Source: Bradymonadia bacterium
GTDB taxonomy: Bacteria > Myxococcota_A > Bradymonadia > UBA7976 > UBA1532
Length of the DNA: 64,000 nucleotides
Assembly: GCA_046290225.1 (NCBI GenBank)
Contig: JBKAGE010000036.1
Coordinates: 320,001-384,000 of the forward strand
Direction: 5' to 3'
Made by a program: the position numbers and the translations under genes. The notes beneath the pieces were generated by a model. The model had not been told where the DNA came from, made no database searches, and saw nothing but the letters and a program-made list of their open reading frames with translations. Below, piece after piece: positions 48,510-58,028 of the stretch (position 1 is the first letter of the stretch; the number at the start of each line of letters is the position of its first letter).

Positions 48510-49759
48510 GTGGATGCCTCCTCTTCTGCCTCAGAGGGCTCTTCAGGGGACGCCACGATGAGGTGTGTCTTGGCAGAGGGGGGCTCTACGACAGGCGCTT
48601 CCGAGGGCGCCACGGGGGTGTCGGGCACACGGGTCAGCTCCACGATGCCCCGGGCCGCCCGCATCACGGTGTCGATGGCGCTCTCACTCGGCGCGAAGCC
48701 CGCAAACTTCACCAGGTCAGACTCGGCGAGGAAGTCTTCCACAGCTTGATGCCCCTCCACCGAGAGCGAGAGCTCGGGCAACTTGGACCGGATCTCGTCG
48801 GTGGTCATCTCCAGGGCATAGAAGCCGAACCGGCGCTCGAAGTAGTCGCGGATGATCTCGGAAAGACGCGAGTAGTACTGCTTGATGAGGCCCTCGGCGG
48901 GCAGGCCCTGCTCCTCGAGCTCAACGAGGGCGGCGAGGGCGATGACGTGGGCTGGTCGCGGATCGACCCACGGCGCTTCTTCCACCTCGCGCTGGTCGAG
49001 CCAGCGCCGTACGGCCCAGGCAATGGCGAAGCCGATCCCACCGGCGCCGAAGACGATGAGGGCGATGATGAGCGGCCAGTTGGTGATGAGATATGGCGTG
49101 GGGCCATGGGCTGACCAGAACGCCGACACCGCCGCTTGGTCAGCTTCGGAGAGCGCGGGCTTCTCTTCACCCTCTGCAACGCTCTGCTGGGGCGCGCGGC
49201 CCAGCGGCTCGGAGAGCGTACGGAAGCGCGTATCCAGCTGACCGGCGGTGGTGAGCGTGATCGGCACCACCATGCCCGCGACGTCGACATGGCCCACAGC
49301 GCCGTCGGGCTCGTGCCAGGTCAGGGTGAGGGTGGGCACCTTGACGTCTCGGGGTGTGAGGCTGGTGATGGAGAACCGACGCACCCACTGACGCTTGCCA
49401 TCGGGCAACACTTTCGTGCCTGCTCCCGAGGCAGCACCTGCCTTAGAGGCCCCAGGGGCATCGATGCTCTTCACCGTGGACAAGCCCACGCTGGCGGGCA
49501 CGGGCACTTCGACCCGTACACCGTCAGGCGCCACGGCGGTGAGGGTGCACACAAGAGGCTCCCCCATCTTCACGGGGTTGGGACCGCACTCGAGCGTCGC
49601 CTCGGGCGGCGGGCCCTTTGCTGGTGGCGGCGGCGCAGGCTCAGCGGCGGCGGGCTGCCCAGTGGCGGGCTGCACAGTGGCGGGCTGCCCAGTGGCGGTG
49701 GGCGTCCCCCCCGCGTCAGGGGCCAGCAGGGCCACGAGGAGGGGCAATACGATGCTCAT
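48506..49759 (-). CDS. Bat-operon single-TM protein (DUF4381-like position)
   Basis: PAHVIAL..YYSRLSEIIRDY..ALEMTTDE..SDLVKFA. Confidence 0.8.
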   Translation of the reverse strand: MSIVLPLLVALLAPDAGGTPTATGQPATVQPATGQPAAAEPAPPPPAKGPPPEATLECGPNPVKMGEPLVCTLTAVAPDGVRVEVPVPASVGLSTVKSIDAPGASKAGAASGAGTKVLPDGKRQWVRRFSITSLTPRDVKVPTLTLTWHEPDGAVGHVDVAGMVVPITLTTAGQLDTRFRTLSEPLGRAPQQSVAEGEEKPALSEADQAAVSAFWSAHGPTPYLITNWPLIIALIVFGAGGIGFAIAWAVRRWLDQREVEEAPWVDPRPAHVIALAALVELEEQGLPAEGLIKQYYSRLSEIIRDYFERRFGFYALEMTTDEIRSKLPELSLSVEGHQAVEDFLAESDLVKFAGFAPSESAIDTVMRAARGIVELTRVPDTPVAPSEAPVVEPPSAKTHLIVASPEEPSEAEEEAST

Positions 49760-50643
49760 CAGCCTCTCCTTGCCCGCAGTCGGAAATAGTCCACCAGAGG
49801 CCCGGCGAAATCTCGAGCGTCAGTGCTCACCCGGATCGGGCTCACGCGATAGCGTCTGAGATCGGAATCCCGGGCCTGGCGGGCCTGGGCCTGACGATCG
49901 GCGTACCCCTTCCGCACGCTGGCATCGCCGGTGTCGAGGGCCATGAGGGCCCCGGTCTCCGCGTCCTCGAGCATGAGCAGCCCCAAATCGGGCAGCTCGA
50001 GCTCTGCAGGATCTTCCACTGTCATGGGAATGAGATCGTGTCGCCGGGCGGCGACGTGCAGGGGGCGCTGGTAGCCCTCGTCGAGGAAGTCCGAGATCAG
50101 GAACACGATGGCCTTGCGCCGGGCCACTCGGCCCACGAACTCCATCGCCGCGCCGATGTCAGTCCCCTGCCCCGATCCTTCCAAGGTCAGGATCTCGTCG
50201 ATGAGGCGCAGCACGTGCTTGCGGCCCTTCTTCGGGGGCACGTAGCGCTCCACGGTGTCGGTGAAGGCCACGAGGCCCACGCGATCACCGTTCTTGATGG
50301 CGGAGAAGGCCATGAGGGCCGACAGCTTCGCCGCCACCACCCGCTTCTCGTCGCGGGCGGTGCCGAAGCCCATCGAGCCCGACATGTCGACGACGAGCAG
50401 CACCGTGAGCTCGCGCTCTTCGGTGAAGGTCTTGATGTGGGGCTGCCCGGTCCGGGCGGTGACGTTCCAATCGATCACGCGGGGATCGTCACCGGGGGTG
50501 TATGGACGCACCTCGTCGAAGGCCATGCCCCGGCCCTTGAAGACCGAGTGGTACTGACCAGCCATCTGCTCAGTCACCAGCCTGCGGGTGACGATCTCGA
50601 TGCGTCTGATCTCGGCGAGCAGCTCTCGGGAGAGGGCAGCCAT
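49759..50643 (-). CDS. DUF58 (vWA-like) protein
   Basis: GRGMAFDEVRPY.PGDD..IDWNVTAR, EERE, DMSGSM, ISDF. Confidence 0.95.
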   Translation of the reverse strand: MAALSRELLAEIRRIEIVTRRLVTEQMAGQYHSVFKGRGMAFDEVRPYTPGDDPRVIDWNVTARTGQPHIKTFTEERELTVLLVVDMSGSMGFGTARDEKRVVAAKLSALMAFSAIKNGDRVGLVAFTDTVERYVPPKKGRKHVLRLIDEILTLEGSGQGTDIGAAMEFVGRVARRKAIVFLISDFLDEGYQRPLHVAARRHDLIPMTVEDPAELELPDLGLLMLEDAETGALMALDTGDASVRKGYADRQAQARQARDSDLRRYRVSPIRVSTDARDFAGPLVDYFRLRARRG

Positions 50644-51623
50644 CAGGGGACCTCCACCACCTCCAACACCCGGGAGACGATGGTGTCGGCGTCGATCTCC
50701 TCGGCCTCGGCCTCGTAGGTGGGGATCACGCGGTGGCGCAGGATGTCGGGGGCGATGGCCTTGATGTCTTCTGGCAGCACGTAGGCCCGGTGCTTCATGA
50801 AGGCGTGGGCCCGTGCGGCCTTGGCCAGGGCGATGCTGGCCCGGGGGCTGGCCCCGTACTGGATCATGCGAGCAAAGCTCTCGAGCCCCTTGGTTTCGCC
50901 GGGGTTCCGGGTGGCGAAGACCACATCGAGGATGTACCCCTTCACCTTGTCATCCACGTAGATCTCGTTCACCACCTTGCGGGCGTTCAGGATCCGCTCG
51001 GGGGTGATGATCGGCCGCACCTGAGGCGGGGTCGGGTCGAGCTGGCGGGTGATGATCTCCGCCTCCTCTTCACGGCTGGGGTAGCCCACCTTCACCATGA
51101 GGGTGAAACGGTCCACCTGAGCCTCGGGCAACGGGTACGTGCCCTCCTGATCGAGGGGGTTCTGGGTCGCCATCACGATGAAGGGCGACTCCAGAGGATA
51201 GGTGGTGTCGCCGAGGGTGACCTGCTTCTCCTGCATGGCCTCGAGCAGGGCGCTCTGCACCTTCGCCGGGGCGCGGTTGATCTCGTCGGCCAGCACGATG
51301 TTGGCGAAGATCGGGCCCTTCTTCGGAGAGAACTCACCTGAGTTCGGGTGGTAGATCATCGTCCCCACGAGGTCGGCGGGGAGCAGGTCGGGGGTGAACT
51401 GGATGCGCTGAAACTTCGCATCCAGGGTCGACGCGAGGGTGTTCACCGTGAGGGTCTTGGCGAGGCCGGGTACACCCTCGAGGAGCACGTGGCCCCCGGT
51501 GAGCAGACCCAGGATCACCCGCTCCACCATGTACGTCTGGCCGACGATGACCTTGTTGACCTCGTTGACCACCTCGTCGACGAAGGCGCTCTCCTGTCGA
51601 ACCAGCTCTCTGACGTCCTGCAC
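50643..51623 (-). CDS. moxR: MoxR-family AAA+ ATPase
   Basis: GVPGLAKT, RIQFTPDLLPAD, DEINRAPAKVQSALLEAM, ATQNP, GASPRA. Confidence 0.97.
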   Translation of the reverse strand: MQDVRELVRQESAFVDEVVNEVNKVIVGQTYMVERVILGLLTGGHVLLEGVPGLAKTLTVNTLASTLDAKFQRIQFTPDLLPADLVGTMIYHPNSGEFSPKKGPIFANIVLADEINRAPAKVQSALLEAMQEKQVTLGDTTYPLESPFIVMATQNPLDQEGTYPLPEAQVDRFTLMVKVGYPSREEEAEIITRQLDPTPPQVRPIITPERILNARKVVNEIYVDDKVKGYILDVVFATRNPGETKGLESFARMIQYGASPRASIALAKAARAHAFMKHRAYVLPEDIKAIAPDILRHRVIPTYEAEAEEIDADTIVSRVLEVVEVP

Positions 51624-51832
51624 CGCGTGACCTCTCAGTGTGCGTGCCCCCGGGGTTCACCGGCGGGTTTTCGAGTGAATGATGTGCGTAATTTGCGTTC
51701 CGGCAACCGACGGGCGACGGCGGTTATTCCCTAAGGTCGCTCACCACGCCTGCGCCGTGCGCAGCAGTGCTCTATACACCGACACGGCGATGTCAACATC
51801 ATGAATGTCATGAGAGGCGCCCCGGCCCGTCG

Positions 51833-51841
51833 TGGTATAGT
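51833..51841 (+). promoter_or_regulatory. Candidate extended -10 promoter (TGnTATAGT)
   Basis: tggtatagt ends 8 nt before the ATG at 51850; no Shine-Dalgarno sequence in between. Confidence 0.45.
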
Positions 51842-51849
51842 CCCGCGCC

Positions 51850-53004
51850 ATGTCCAGACCCCCTAGATTTTTCGCCACCTGTGGCCAGGGCATCGAGCCC
51901 TGGCTGTTCCAAGAAGCTCAGGCCCTCGGTCTGCCCGGCGCCACCCAGGCTCCTGGCGGAGTGGCCTTCGACGGCGATCGCGTCGACGGCATGAGGGCCT
52001 GCCTGTGGTTGCGCAGCGCCACCCGGGTCCTCGAGGTCGTGGGCGGCGGCCCCGCTCGCAGTGAGACAGGGCTCTACAAGGCCGCCAAGGCTGTGCCATG
52101 GGAGCGCTGGCTCACCCCGGAGACCACCTTCCGCGTGGACGCCACCGTGGCCCACAGCGCCCTCACCCACAGCGGCTATGTGGCCCTCAAGACCAAAGAC
52201 GGCCTCGTCGATCGGTTGCGGCAGAAGCTCGGCAGCCGGCCCAGTGTCTCTGTGGACGATCCGCAGGCCTGGATCAGGGTGCGGCTCTATCGGGATCAGG
52301 TGACCTTCGCCCTCGACCTCGCAGGCTACCCGCTGCATCTGCGGGGTCTCGATCGCGACGGCGGCATCGCCCCCCTCAAGGAGACCCTCGCCGCCGCCCT
52401 GGCCCTGGCCACAGACTGGGATGGCACGTCACCGCTGTACGATCCGTTCTGCGGCACCGGCACCCTCGCCGTCGAGGCGGCGTGGATCCACATGAACCGC
52501 GCCCCAGGTCTCGACCGGGTCTTCGGGTTCGAGGGTCTCGCCGACCACGCCGCGGATCCGTGGAGCACCCTCATCGACGAGGCCCTCGCCGCGGTGAAGC
52601 CCCAGCCCCCCGGGCCCATCATCCTGAGTGACTGGGATGCCGAGCAACGCCATCGAGCCCGACAACTGCTCGACTCAGCCGAGATCAAGGCCGAGGTGAA
52701 GTCGGCGGACGCCCGCAGCTTTACGCCCACCGAGGGACCAGGGGTCATCCTGACCAACCCGCCATATGGTGAGCGCCTCGACCCCGAGGGAGGCATCCCG
52801 CGCCTCTATCGGGCCTTCGGTGACCGCCTGAAGAGTCACGGCACGGGCTGTACGCTGCACATGATCACCACCCCGGCTTGTCTGAAGACCCTGGGCCTGC
52901 GCACCGAGCGCAAGCTCCCCTTCTACAACGGTGATCTCGACTGCCGACTGGTGAGAGTGCCCCTGTTCCAAGGGGCGCGGAAGGATCAGCGGGGTCGACG
53001 GTAG
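51850..53004 (+). CDS. THUMP-domain RNA methyltransferase (RlmL-like)
   Basis: CLWLRSATRV, LHLRG, APLKETLAAAL, DPFCGTGT, TNPPYGERL. Confidence 0.9.
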   Translation: MSRPPRFFATCGQGIEPWLFQEAQALGLPGATQAPGGVAFDGDRVDGMRACLWLRSATRVLEVVGGGPARSETGLYKAAKAVPWERWLTPETTFRVDATVAHSALTHSGYVALKTKDGLVDRLRQKLGSRPSVSVDDPQAWIRVRLYRDQVTFALDLAGYPLHLRGLDRDGGIAPLKETLAAALALATDWDGTSPLYDPFCGTGTLAVEAAWIHMNRAPGLDRVFGFEGLADHAADPWSTLIDEALAAVKPQPPGPIILSDWDAEQRHRARQLLDSAEIKAEVKSADARSFTPTEGPGVILTNPPYGERLDPEGGIPRLYRAFGDRLKSHGTGCTLHMITTPACLKTLGLRTERKLPFYNGDLDCRLVRVPLFQGARKDQRGRR

Positions 53005-54701
53005 ATGTAGGCCCGTCGCGGGGCACACAAGCTCTCGAGGCGCCCGCCGAGAGAGAGGCCCACGAGCTCCATGGGGGCACACAGCCAACGACGGGGGCGA
53101 CTGGCGATGATCTCGGGCTCGCCCCAGGTCCTCACCTCGTCCAGCAGCTTCTCTACCTGCTGAACACACGCCTCGTCGAGCTTGCCGGTCTTGTCCTTGC
53201 TGCCACAGTTCTCGGGTTGCCTGATGGAGTAGTCCCAGCTCTCGGGGCGGAACAAGAAAGCGTCGACCCCCTTCAACGGGTCGTCTCCCGTGAAGACCTG
53301 CATGTGAGCGTCTTTGTAGATGAAGGCCTTGTCGGGGTGCTGCGTGAGCACCCGCATCTGGGGAAGCATGGTGCTGAAGCCGTCGTAGTACAGCGACACC
53401 GAGTAGGTGTGATGATCCGTGGCGAAGACCGTCTGGGGCTCTGCCTTGACGGTCTCGACGAATTGCGACTCGAACCATGTGTTGGTGCCGTCGTCGAGGC
53501 CTGCCCCCAGTAGACCGCTCACAGCCACGCCGGCGATGCCCAGGGGGGCGACAAAGGTGCGCCCCTTCAGCCACAAATCTCGCGCGAAGATCGCCACGGC
53601 CACCATGAGGGGCAGGGAGATGACCGCGTAGTAGCGCGGCATTCTGCCCAGATGTATCCATCGAGCGGGTGTGGTGGTCCCGTAGGCCGTCCAGAGGAAG
53701 ACCACGGCGAACCACAACACGAGGGGTCGCATGGCCTGATGCTTCACGGCGGCATAGGCCAGCGCCGGCAAGCCCACGATGTAGTAGAGCGCGAACTCCT
53801 GGTTGAGAGCCGCCATGGACCATGGCCCCAACCAGAACGACGCCAGGGCCGTGCCCTCGATGAGTTGGCTGGTGCCCTCCCAGTTGACGATGAAGCCCCA
53901 GCCCAGGCCGTCGTTCTGAGAGCGGTTGGCCTGCTTGAAGCTGTACCACCACTCCTCGTGGAACACGTAGTAGGCAAAGCTCTCGGCGAAGAGGAATGCC
54001 ACCACCCCGGCCACCACCAGGCCCCACCCCCAGGTGAAGCGCTTGCGCCACATCAGCAGGTAGCAGCCGAAGAACAGGAACACGAAGAGCGAGGTGATGT
54101 GGATCAGATAGGCCATGCCCAGCACGCTGCCGATGAGCAGCCACTGTGTGGCCTTCACCGTCTCCCCACCCTCACGCTGTTTTTCAGCTTTGAAAAACAG
54201 ATACATGGCCCATGAGACGAAGAGCGCCTGGGGCTCCGTAGGCCACAACACACTGGCGAAAATGATGCTCAGGGGGAAACACGCCATGAGCCCTGCAGCG
54301 AGAAGGCCCACTTGCTCGGAGACGAAGAGGCGCCCGAAGCGATGGGCCAGCACGATCAGGCCCAGAGAGCACACAAAGGGGAAGGCCCCGGTGGTCCAGT
54401 CGGAGACCCCGAAGAGCGAGTAGAGCAGCGCCACAGGGAACACGAGGCCTTTTCGAAGGCTGTGGTGGTTGTGCACGAACTCTTCAGGCGGCGCTCCGAA
54501 GAGCGTGCTCGCCTCGATGCGGGCCAGATCGGCGTAGTTGAGATCGTCCGTGCCCCAGAGATGGCTCGCCATCGCCAGGCGCACCACGGCGCCAAAGAGC
54601 ACGATGGTCACAAGCCACGCCTGTGGACTCATACGTTCGTAGATTCGCTCGATGATGCGCACAGAGGTTTCCGGCCGCCTTTGGGTCACCTGATGGCTCA
54701 T
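52986..54701 (-). CDS. GT-C glycosyltransferase (ArnT/PMT_2-like)
   Basis: TDDLNYADLA after the first TM helix, many TM helices, PRYY motif. Confidence 0.8.
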   Translation of the reverse strand: MSHQVTQRRPETSVRIIERIYERMSPQAWLVTIVLFGAVVRLAMASHLWGTDDLNYADLARIEASTLFGAPPEEFVHNHHSLRKGLVFPVALLYSLFGVSDWTTGAFPFVCSLGLIVLAHRFGRLFVSEQVGLLAAGLMACFPLSIIFASVLWPTEPQALFVSWAMYLFFKAEKQREGGETVKATQWLLIGSVLGMAYLIHITSLFVFLFFGCYLLMWRKRFTWGWGLVVAGVVAFLFAESFAYYVFHEEWWYSFKQANRSQNDGLGWGFIVNWEGTSQLIEGTALASFWLGPWSMAALNQEFALYYIVGLPALAYAAVKHQAMRPLVLWFAVVFLWTAYGTTTPARWIHLGRMPRYYAVISLPLMVAVAIFARDLWLKGRTFVAPLGIAGVAVSGLLGAGLDDGTNTWFESQFVETVKAEPQTVFATDHHTYSVSLYYDGFSTMLPQMRVLTQHPDKAFIYKDAHMQVFTGDDPLKGVDAFLFRPESWDYSIRQPENCGSKDKTGKLDEACVQQVEKLLDEVRTWGEPEIIASRPRRWLCAPMELVGLSLGGRLESLCAPRRAYIYRRPR

Positions 54702-54762
54702 GTTCAACTTCGAACTCCCCCGGCCACGCCGCTGTGAGGGCACTGGCCGTCAAGACTCCATC

Positions 54763-54820
54763 GTAAGGGCGAGCACTCAGCGCGTTGACACATCAACCTC
54801 TGCGCATGCTCGCCCTACAG
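54763..54820. repeat. Long intergenic hairpin with GTA(A)G...CTAC ends
   Basis: gtaagggcgagca / tgctcgccctac with inner gttga-caca-tcaac. Confidence 0.65.
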
Positions 54821-54858
54821 TTCGATTTCGACGTTGGGGGGCAAATCTTGAGTGATTC

Positions 54859-54969
54859 GCGGATGTTTGCGTTCAGAAGACCCATTGTTCAGATTCGGTA
54901 CACATGCACCGTACCGCATTCTTCGGGCCGCAATCGAGCCCTTGGGCCGTCTTTGAACGCACGGGTCGC
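54859..54969. ncRNA. Candidate structured RNA (multibranch), family unknown
   Basis: tgcgttca(g)aagac pairs with gtctttgaacgca and encloses cggtac/gtaccg and gggc/gccc hairpins. Confidence 0.35.
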
Positions 54970-55055
54970 CTGAACCAGGCCTGGGACACCGAAATTTAAG
55001 GGAGGGGAAGTCTAAGGGAGGATGCTCGGCAAACGCTCGAGCACAATGGGCGGCC

Positions 55056-55412
55056 TCAGGCCTCGGCGGCTTCGGCAGTCTCGGCCTTGGGAGCCTCTTC
55101 AGCAGCAGCCTCGGGGGCCTCTTCGGCAGCAGCCTCAGCCTCGTCGCCCTTGGCCTCGTTGTTCTCGTCGCGGCGACGATCGTTGCGGCTGTCGCCACGA
55201 CGACGCTCACGGGTCTCGTAGACGTAGCTGTCGAGCTGGCCGTGGCTGAAGTTCATGGTGACGATGCCGTCGACGCGCTCCACGAGCACGCGGCCCTGGT
55301 GCTCGCTGCTCAGGGACTTGGCCCGAGCCACGGCCTCGTGATGACCGACGATGGCCTCCACCTCGGTGCCGAAGGTCACGTTGAAGGTCACGGAATCCTG
55401 CTCATTCGCCAT
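55056..55412 (-). CDS. Small hypothetical protein with Arg-rich patch and acidic tail
   Basis: Typical GC3-rich codons; RERRRGDSRNDRRRD followed by EAAAEEAP repeats. Confidence 0.7.
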   Translation of the reverse strand: MANEQDSVTFNVTFGTEVEAIVGHHEAVARAKSLSSEHQGRVLVERVDGIVTMNFSHGQLDSYVYETRERRRGDSRNDRRRDENNEAKGDEAEAAAEEAPEAAAEEAPKAETAEAAEA

Positions 55413-55629
55413 GATAATCACTCTCATGTTGGGGGCGCTGGAGGCTCACCAAGACCTCGCAGGGTGCATATATCTCGCGCACCCGGCGCCGCGCCGACGC
55501 AAATCATCCGCCCCGGCTCAGGTGAATGACGCACAAGGGGGCTTACAAGGTCGCGCATACTGCATTGGCGGTGTAGTGACTGTCAAGGACCCTGGCCGAT
55601 CCCACACCTGGCAATCTGGAGACCATCAG

Positions 55630-56079
55630 ATGAAAGCCCTCTCGATCCTCTTGCTCAGCCTGCTCCCCGCCCTGGGGCACGGAAAGTCAGCCCGGAGCTT
55701 CGGCGCGGGGGTCATCCTCGGCGATCCCACCGGTCTGTCGGCCAAATACTTCATCGATCGCACCCACGCCCTGGACGGGGCCCTCGATTATGATTTCGCG
55801 GACGAGGCCTATCACCTGCACGTGGGCTATCTGTTGCATCTGAGCCCTTTCAAGAAGGACTTCGTGCCCTATGTGGGCATCGGCGGGCGGCTGCGCATCA
55901 GAGATCGCGATGACAAGAAGGACGAGGAGCGACTGGGCGCCCGAGCCCCCCTGGGCATCGCCTGGATGCCCAAGCACACGCCCATCGACGTGTTCCTCGA
56001 GGTGGCCCCGGTGCTCAATGTGCTGCCGGACAGCGACATCGACATCGATGCAGGGCTGGGCATCAGATACTGGTTCTGA
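55630..56079 (+). CDS. Small outer-membrane beta-barrel (DUF3996-like)
   Basis: Signal peptide; GAGVILGDPTGLSAKY, PIDVFLEVAP, C-terminal GIRYWF. Confidence 0.8.
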   Translation: MKALSILLLSLLPALGHGKSARSFGAGVILGDPTGLSAKYFIDRTHALDGALDYDFADEAYHLHVGYLLHLSPFKKDFVPYVGIGGRLRIRDRDDKKDEERLGARAPLGIAWMPKHTPIDVFLEVAPVLNVLPDSDIDIDAGLGIRYWF

Positions 56080-56106
56080 GAAGAGCAGGCAGGGCGAGGG
56101 GCCAGC

Positions 56107-56727
56107 TCAGAAGTTGGAGCGCAGGCCTACAGTGACGGGGATGTTGTCGAAGGTGGTGGTGTAGTCGTCGCCATAGGTGCGGGTGCAGTAGTAACCCACG
56201 TCGGCAAATGCGGAGACCGAGTTGTTGATGGCGAACGACCCACCGAAGGCGAAGCGGTAGCTCCACCCGAAGCGGGTGGAATCGAGGGGCTCAGCGTCAC
56301 CGGCGGAGGTCCAAATCGAAGGCCCGATGCCGAACATGGCGCCCACGGAGACCTTGTCACCGACAGGGAAGCTCATACGGGCCCGCACGTGGGGGCTCAT
56401 GATGAGGTGACGCTCGTCGGCGCCGTCGCCCTTGGCCCAGACGAACATGTACTCGGCGCCGAAGGCCACCGACTGCCCGAGCATCTTCTCCACTGCGGGG
56501 ATGATGGCGAGGGTCAGATCCGCATCTTGTGCGTCGAACTGCAGATTGGTGTCGTCGTGATCGAACTCGTACTGGCTGGCGATGCCCATCTGGAACCCCA
56601 GCGAGCCGACGACCTTGCCAGGGCGCTGAGTGGCCTGCTTCTGGACATCTTGAGCGGAGGCGGTGCCGACAGCGCCAGCGGTGAGCAGGGCGCCGGCGGC
56701 GAGGGCGGAGGCGAGGCGAAGAGACAT
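56107..56727 (-). CDS. Outer-membrane beta-barrel protein (OmpA/OMP_b-brl-like)
   Basis: GGAG RBS; signal peptide ASA/Q; amphipathic strands; C-terminal Phe. Confidence 0.78.
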   Translation of the reverse strand: MSLRLASALAAGALLTAGAVGTASAQDVQKQATQRPGKVVGSLGFQMGIASQYEFDHDDTNLQFDAQDADLTLAIIPAVEKMLGQSVAFGAEYMFVWAKGDGADERHLIMSPHVRARMSFPVGDKVSVGAMFGIGPSIWTSAGDAEPLDSTRFGWSYRFAFGGSFAINNSVSAFADVGYYCTRTYGDDYTTTFDNIPVTVGLRSNF

Positions 56728-56750
56728 GATTCTAACTCCCGGTACGTGCA

Positions 56751-56787
56751 TTCCCATCACACGAAATCCTCTACTTCGTGATGGGAA
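56751..56787. promoter_or_regulatory. 10-bp perfect inverted repeat (operator or RNA hairpin)
   Basis: ttcccatcac-N17-gtgatgggaa between the ivd stop and the OMP start. Confidence 0.45.
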
Positions 56788-56843
56788 CGAGCGGCGTTCG
56801 GGCTTTCTTCTACCTCATCCGCCCTGATGAAAACCAAGAATCG

Positions 56844-58028
56844 TTATTTGATGATCTCCATGCGGCTGAGATCGCGGGTCATGTTCTTCTGGTGGGCCTC
56901 GATGGTGCCCCCGCCGATCTCGAGGAGCTTGGCGTCTCGCCACAGGCGCTCCACGTGGTACTCACCGATGTAGCCATAACCGCCGAGGACCTGGATCGCC
57001 CGATCGGCGACGTTCTTGGCCATGGTGGAGCAGTAGAGCTTCACCCCGTCGGAATCGAGGCGGTTGCCGGCCTTGTCGAGGCGCATGGCCTGGGCGGTGC
57101 TGTAGACGTAGGACCGGCCCGCCATGAACTCGGCGTAGCTCTCGGCGATGTGACGCTGAATCTGACCAAAGCGGTTGATGGAGTGTCCGAAGGCCTGCCG
57201 CTCGGTGGCGTAGCGGTTCATGACCTCGATGCACCGCCGGGCGATGCCCAGGCTCATGGCGGCGAGGGTGAGGCGCTCGAGCTCGAGGTTGCGCATCATG
57301 TGCAGGGTGGCGTCGCCTTCTTCGCCGACGCGGTTGGCCAGGGGCACCTCGCAGTCTTCGAAGACGAGCTCTGCCGTAGGCGAGGCCCGCATGCCCAGCT
57401 TGTCCTTGATGCGCTGGCCCAGGCTGAAGCCCGGCATACCCTTCTCCACGATGAACATGGAGACCCCGGCGGCCCCTCGGCCCTCCTGAGTGCGGGCGTA
57501 GACCAGAAACACGTCGCCGAGCTCGGTGTCGCTCACGGCGCCGTTGGTGATCCACATCTTGTTGCCGGTGAGCCGGTAGACATCGCCATCTCGTACCGCC
57601 CGAGTGGTCATGCCCAACACATCGGTCCCTGCCCCGGGCTCACTCATGCACATGCCGCCCACGAGGCTGCCGTCGCACAACCCCGGCAGCAAACGGGCCC
57701 GCTGGGCGTCGCTGCCGTTCTGGTCGAGGTTGTTCACGCACAAAATCGCGTGGGCGAGGTAGGCCAGGGTAAAGCCAGGGTCGACGGCGGAGAGCTCTTC
57801 GTGGGCGATGACCGCGGCCACGGCGTCCATGCCGGCGCCGCCATGATCCGGATCAGCGGTGATGCCCAGCACCCCCAGCTCCTGGCCGAGGCGGCGGAAC
57901 AGCTGGAGGTTGAACTTCTCTGCTCGATCGAACTCCGGCGCCTGAGGACCCACCTCCCGCTCGGCGAACTTTCTCAGGGTGCGGCGCAGCTCCGCGTGCT
58001 CTGACGTGGGGTTGAACAGATCAGCCAT
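56844..58028 (-). CDS. ivd: Isovaleryl-CoA dehydrogenase (acyl-CoA dehydrogenase)
   Basis: MSEPGAGTDV, GNKMWITNG, KLGMRASPTAEL, GGYGY, RDAKLLEIGGGT; IVD-like LELERL. Confidence 0.85.
   Translation of the reverse strand: MADLFNPTSEHAELRRTLRKFAEREVGPQAPEFDRAEKFNLQLFRRLGQELGVLGITADPDHGGAGMDAVAAVIAHEELSAVDPGFTLAYLAHAILCVNNLDQNGSDAQRARLLPGLCDGSLVGGMCMSEPGAGTDVLGMTTRAVRDGDVYRLTGNKMWITNGAVSDTELGDVFLVYARTQEGRGAAGVSMFIVEKGMPGFSLGQRIKDKLGMRASPTAELVFEDCEVPLANRVGEEGDATLHMMRNLELERLTLAAMSLGIARRCIEVMNRYATERQAFGHSINRFGQIQRHIAESYAEFMAGRSYVYSTAQAMRLDKAGNRLDSDGVKLYCSTMAKNVADRAIQVLGGYGYIGEYHVERLWRDAKLLEIGGGTIEAHQKNMTRDLSRMEIIK

Noticed and set aside
54785..54821. Sigma-70 promoter from TTGACA
   Set aside because: No good -10 hexamer at 16-18 bp spacing, and the hexamer lies inside a hairpin.
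54820..55030. tmRNA, 6S RNA or c-di-GMP riboswitch
   Set aside because: Only isolated fragments (GTTCGATT, GGGGGCAAA, TGAACC) are present; the required pairings and order are missing.
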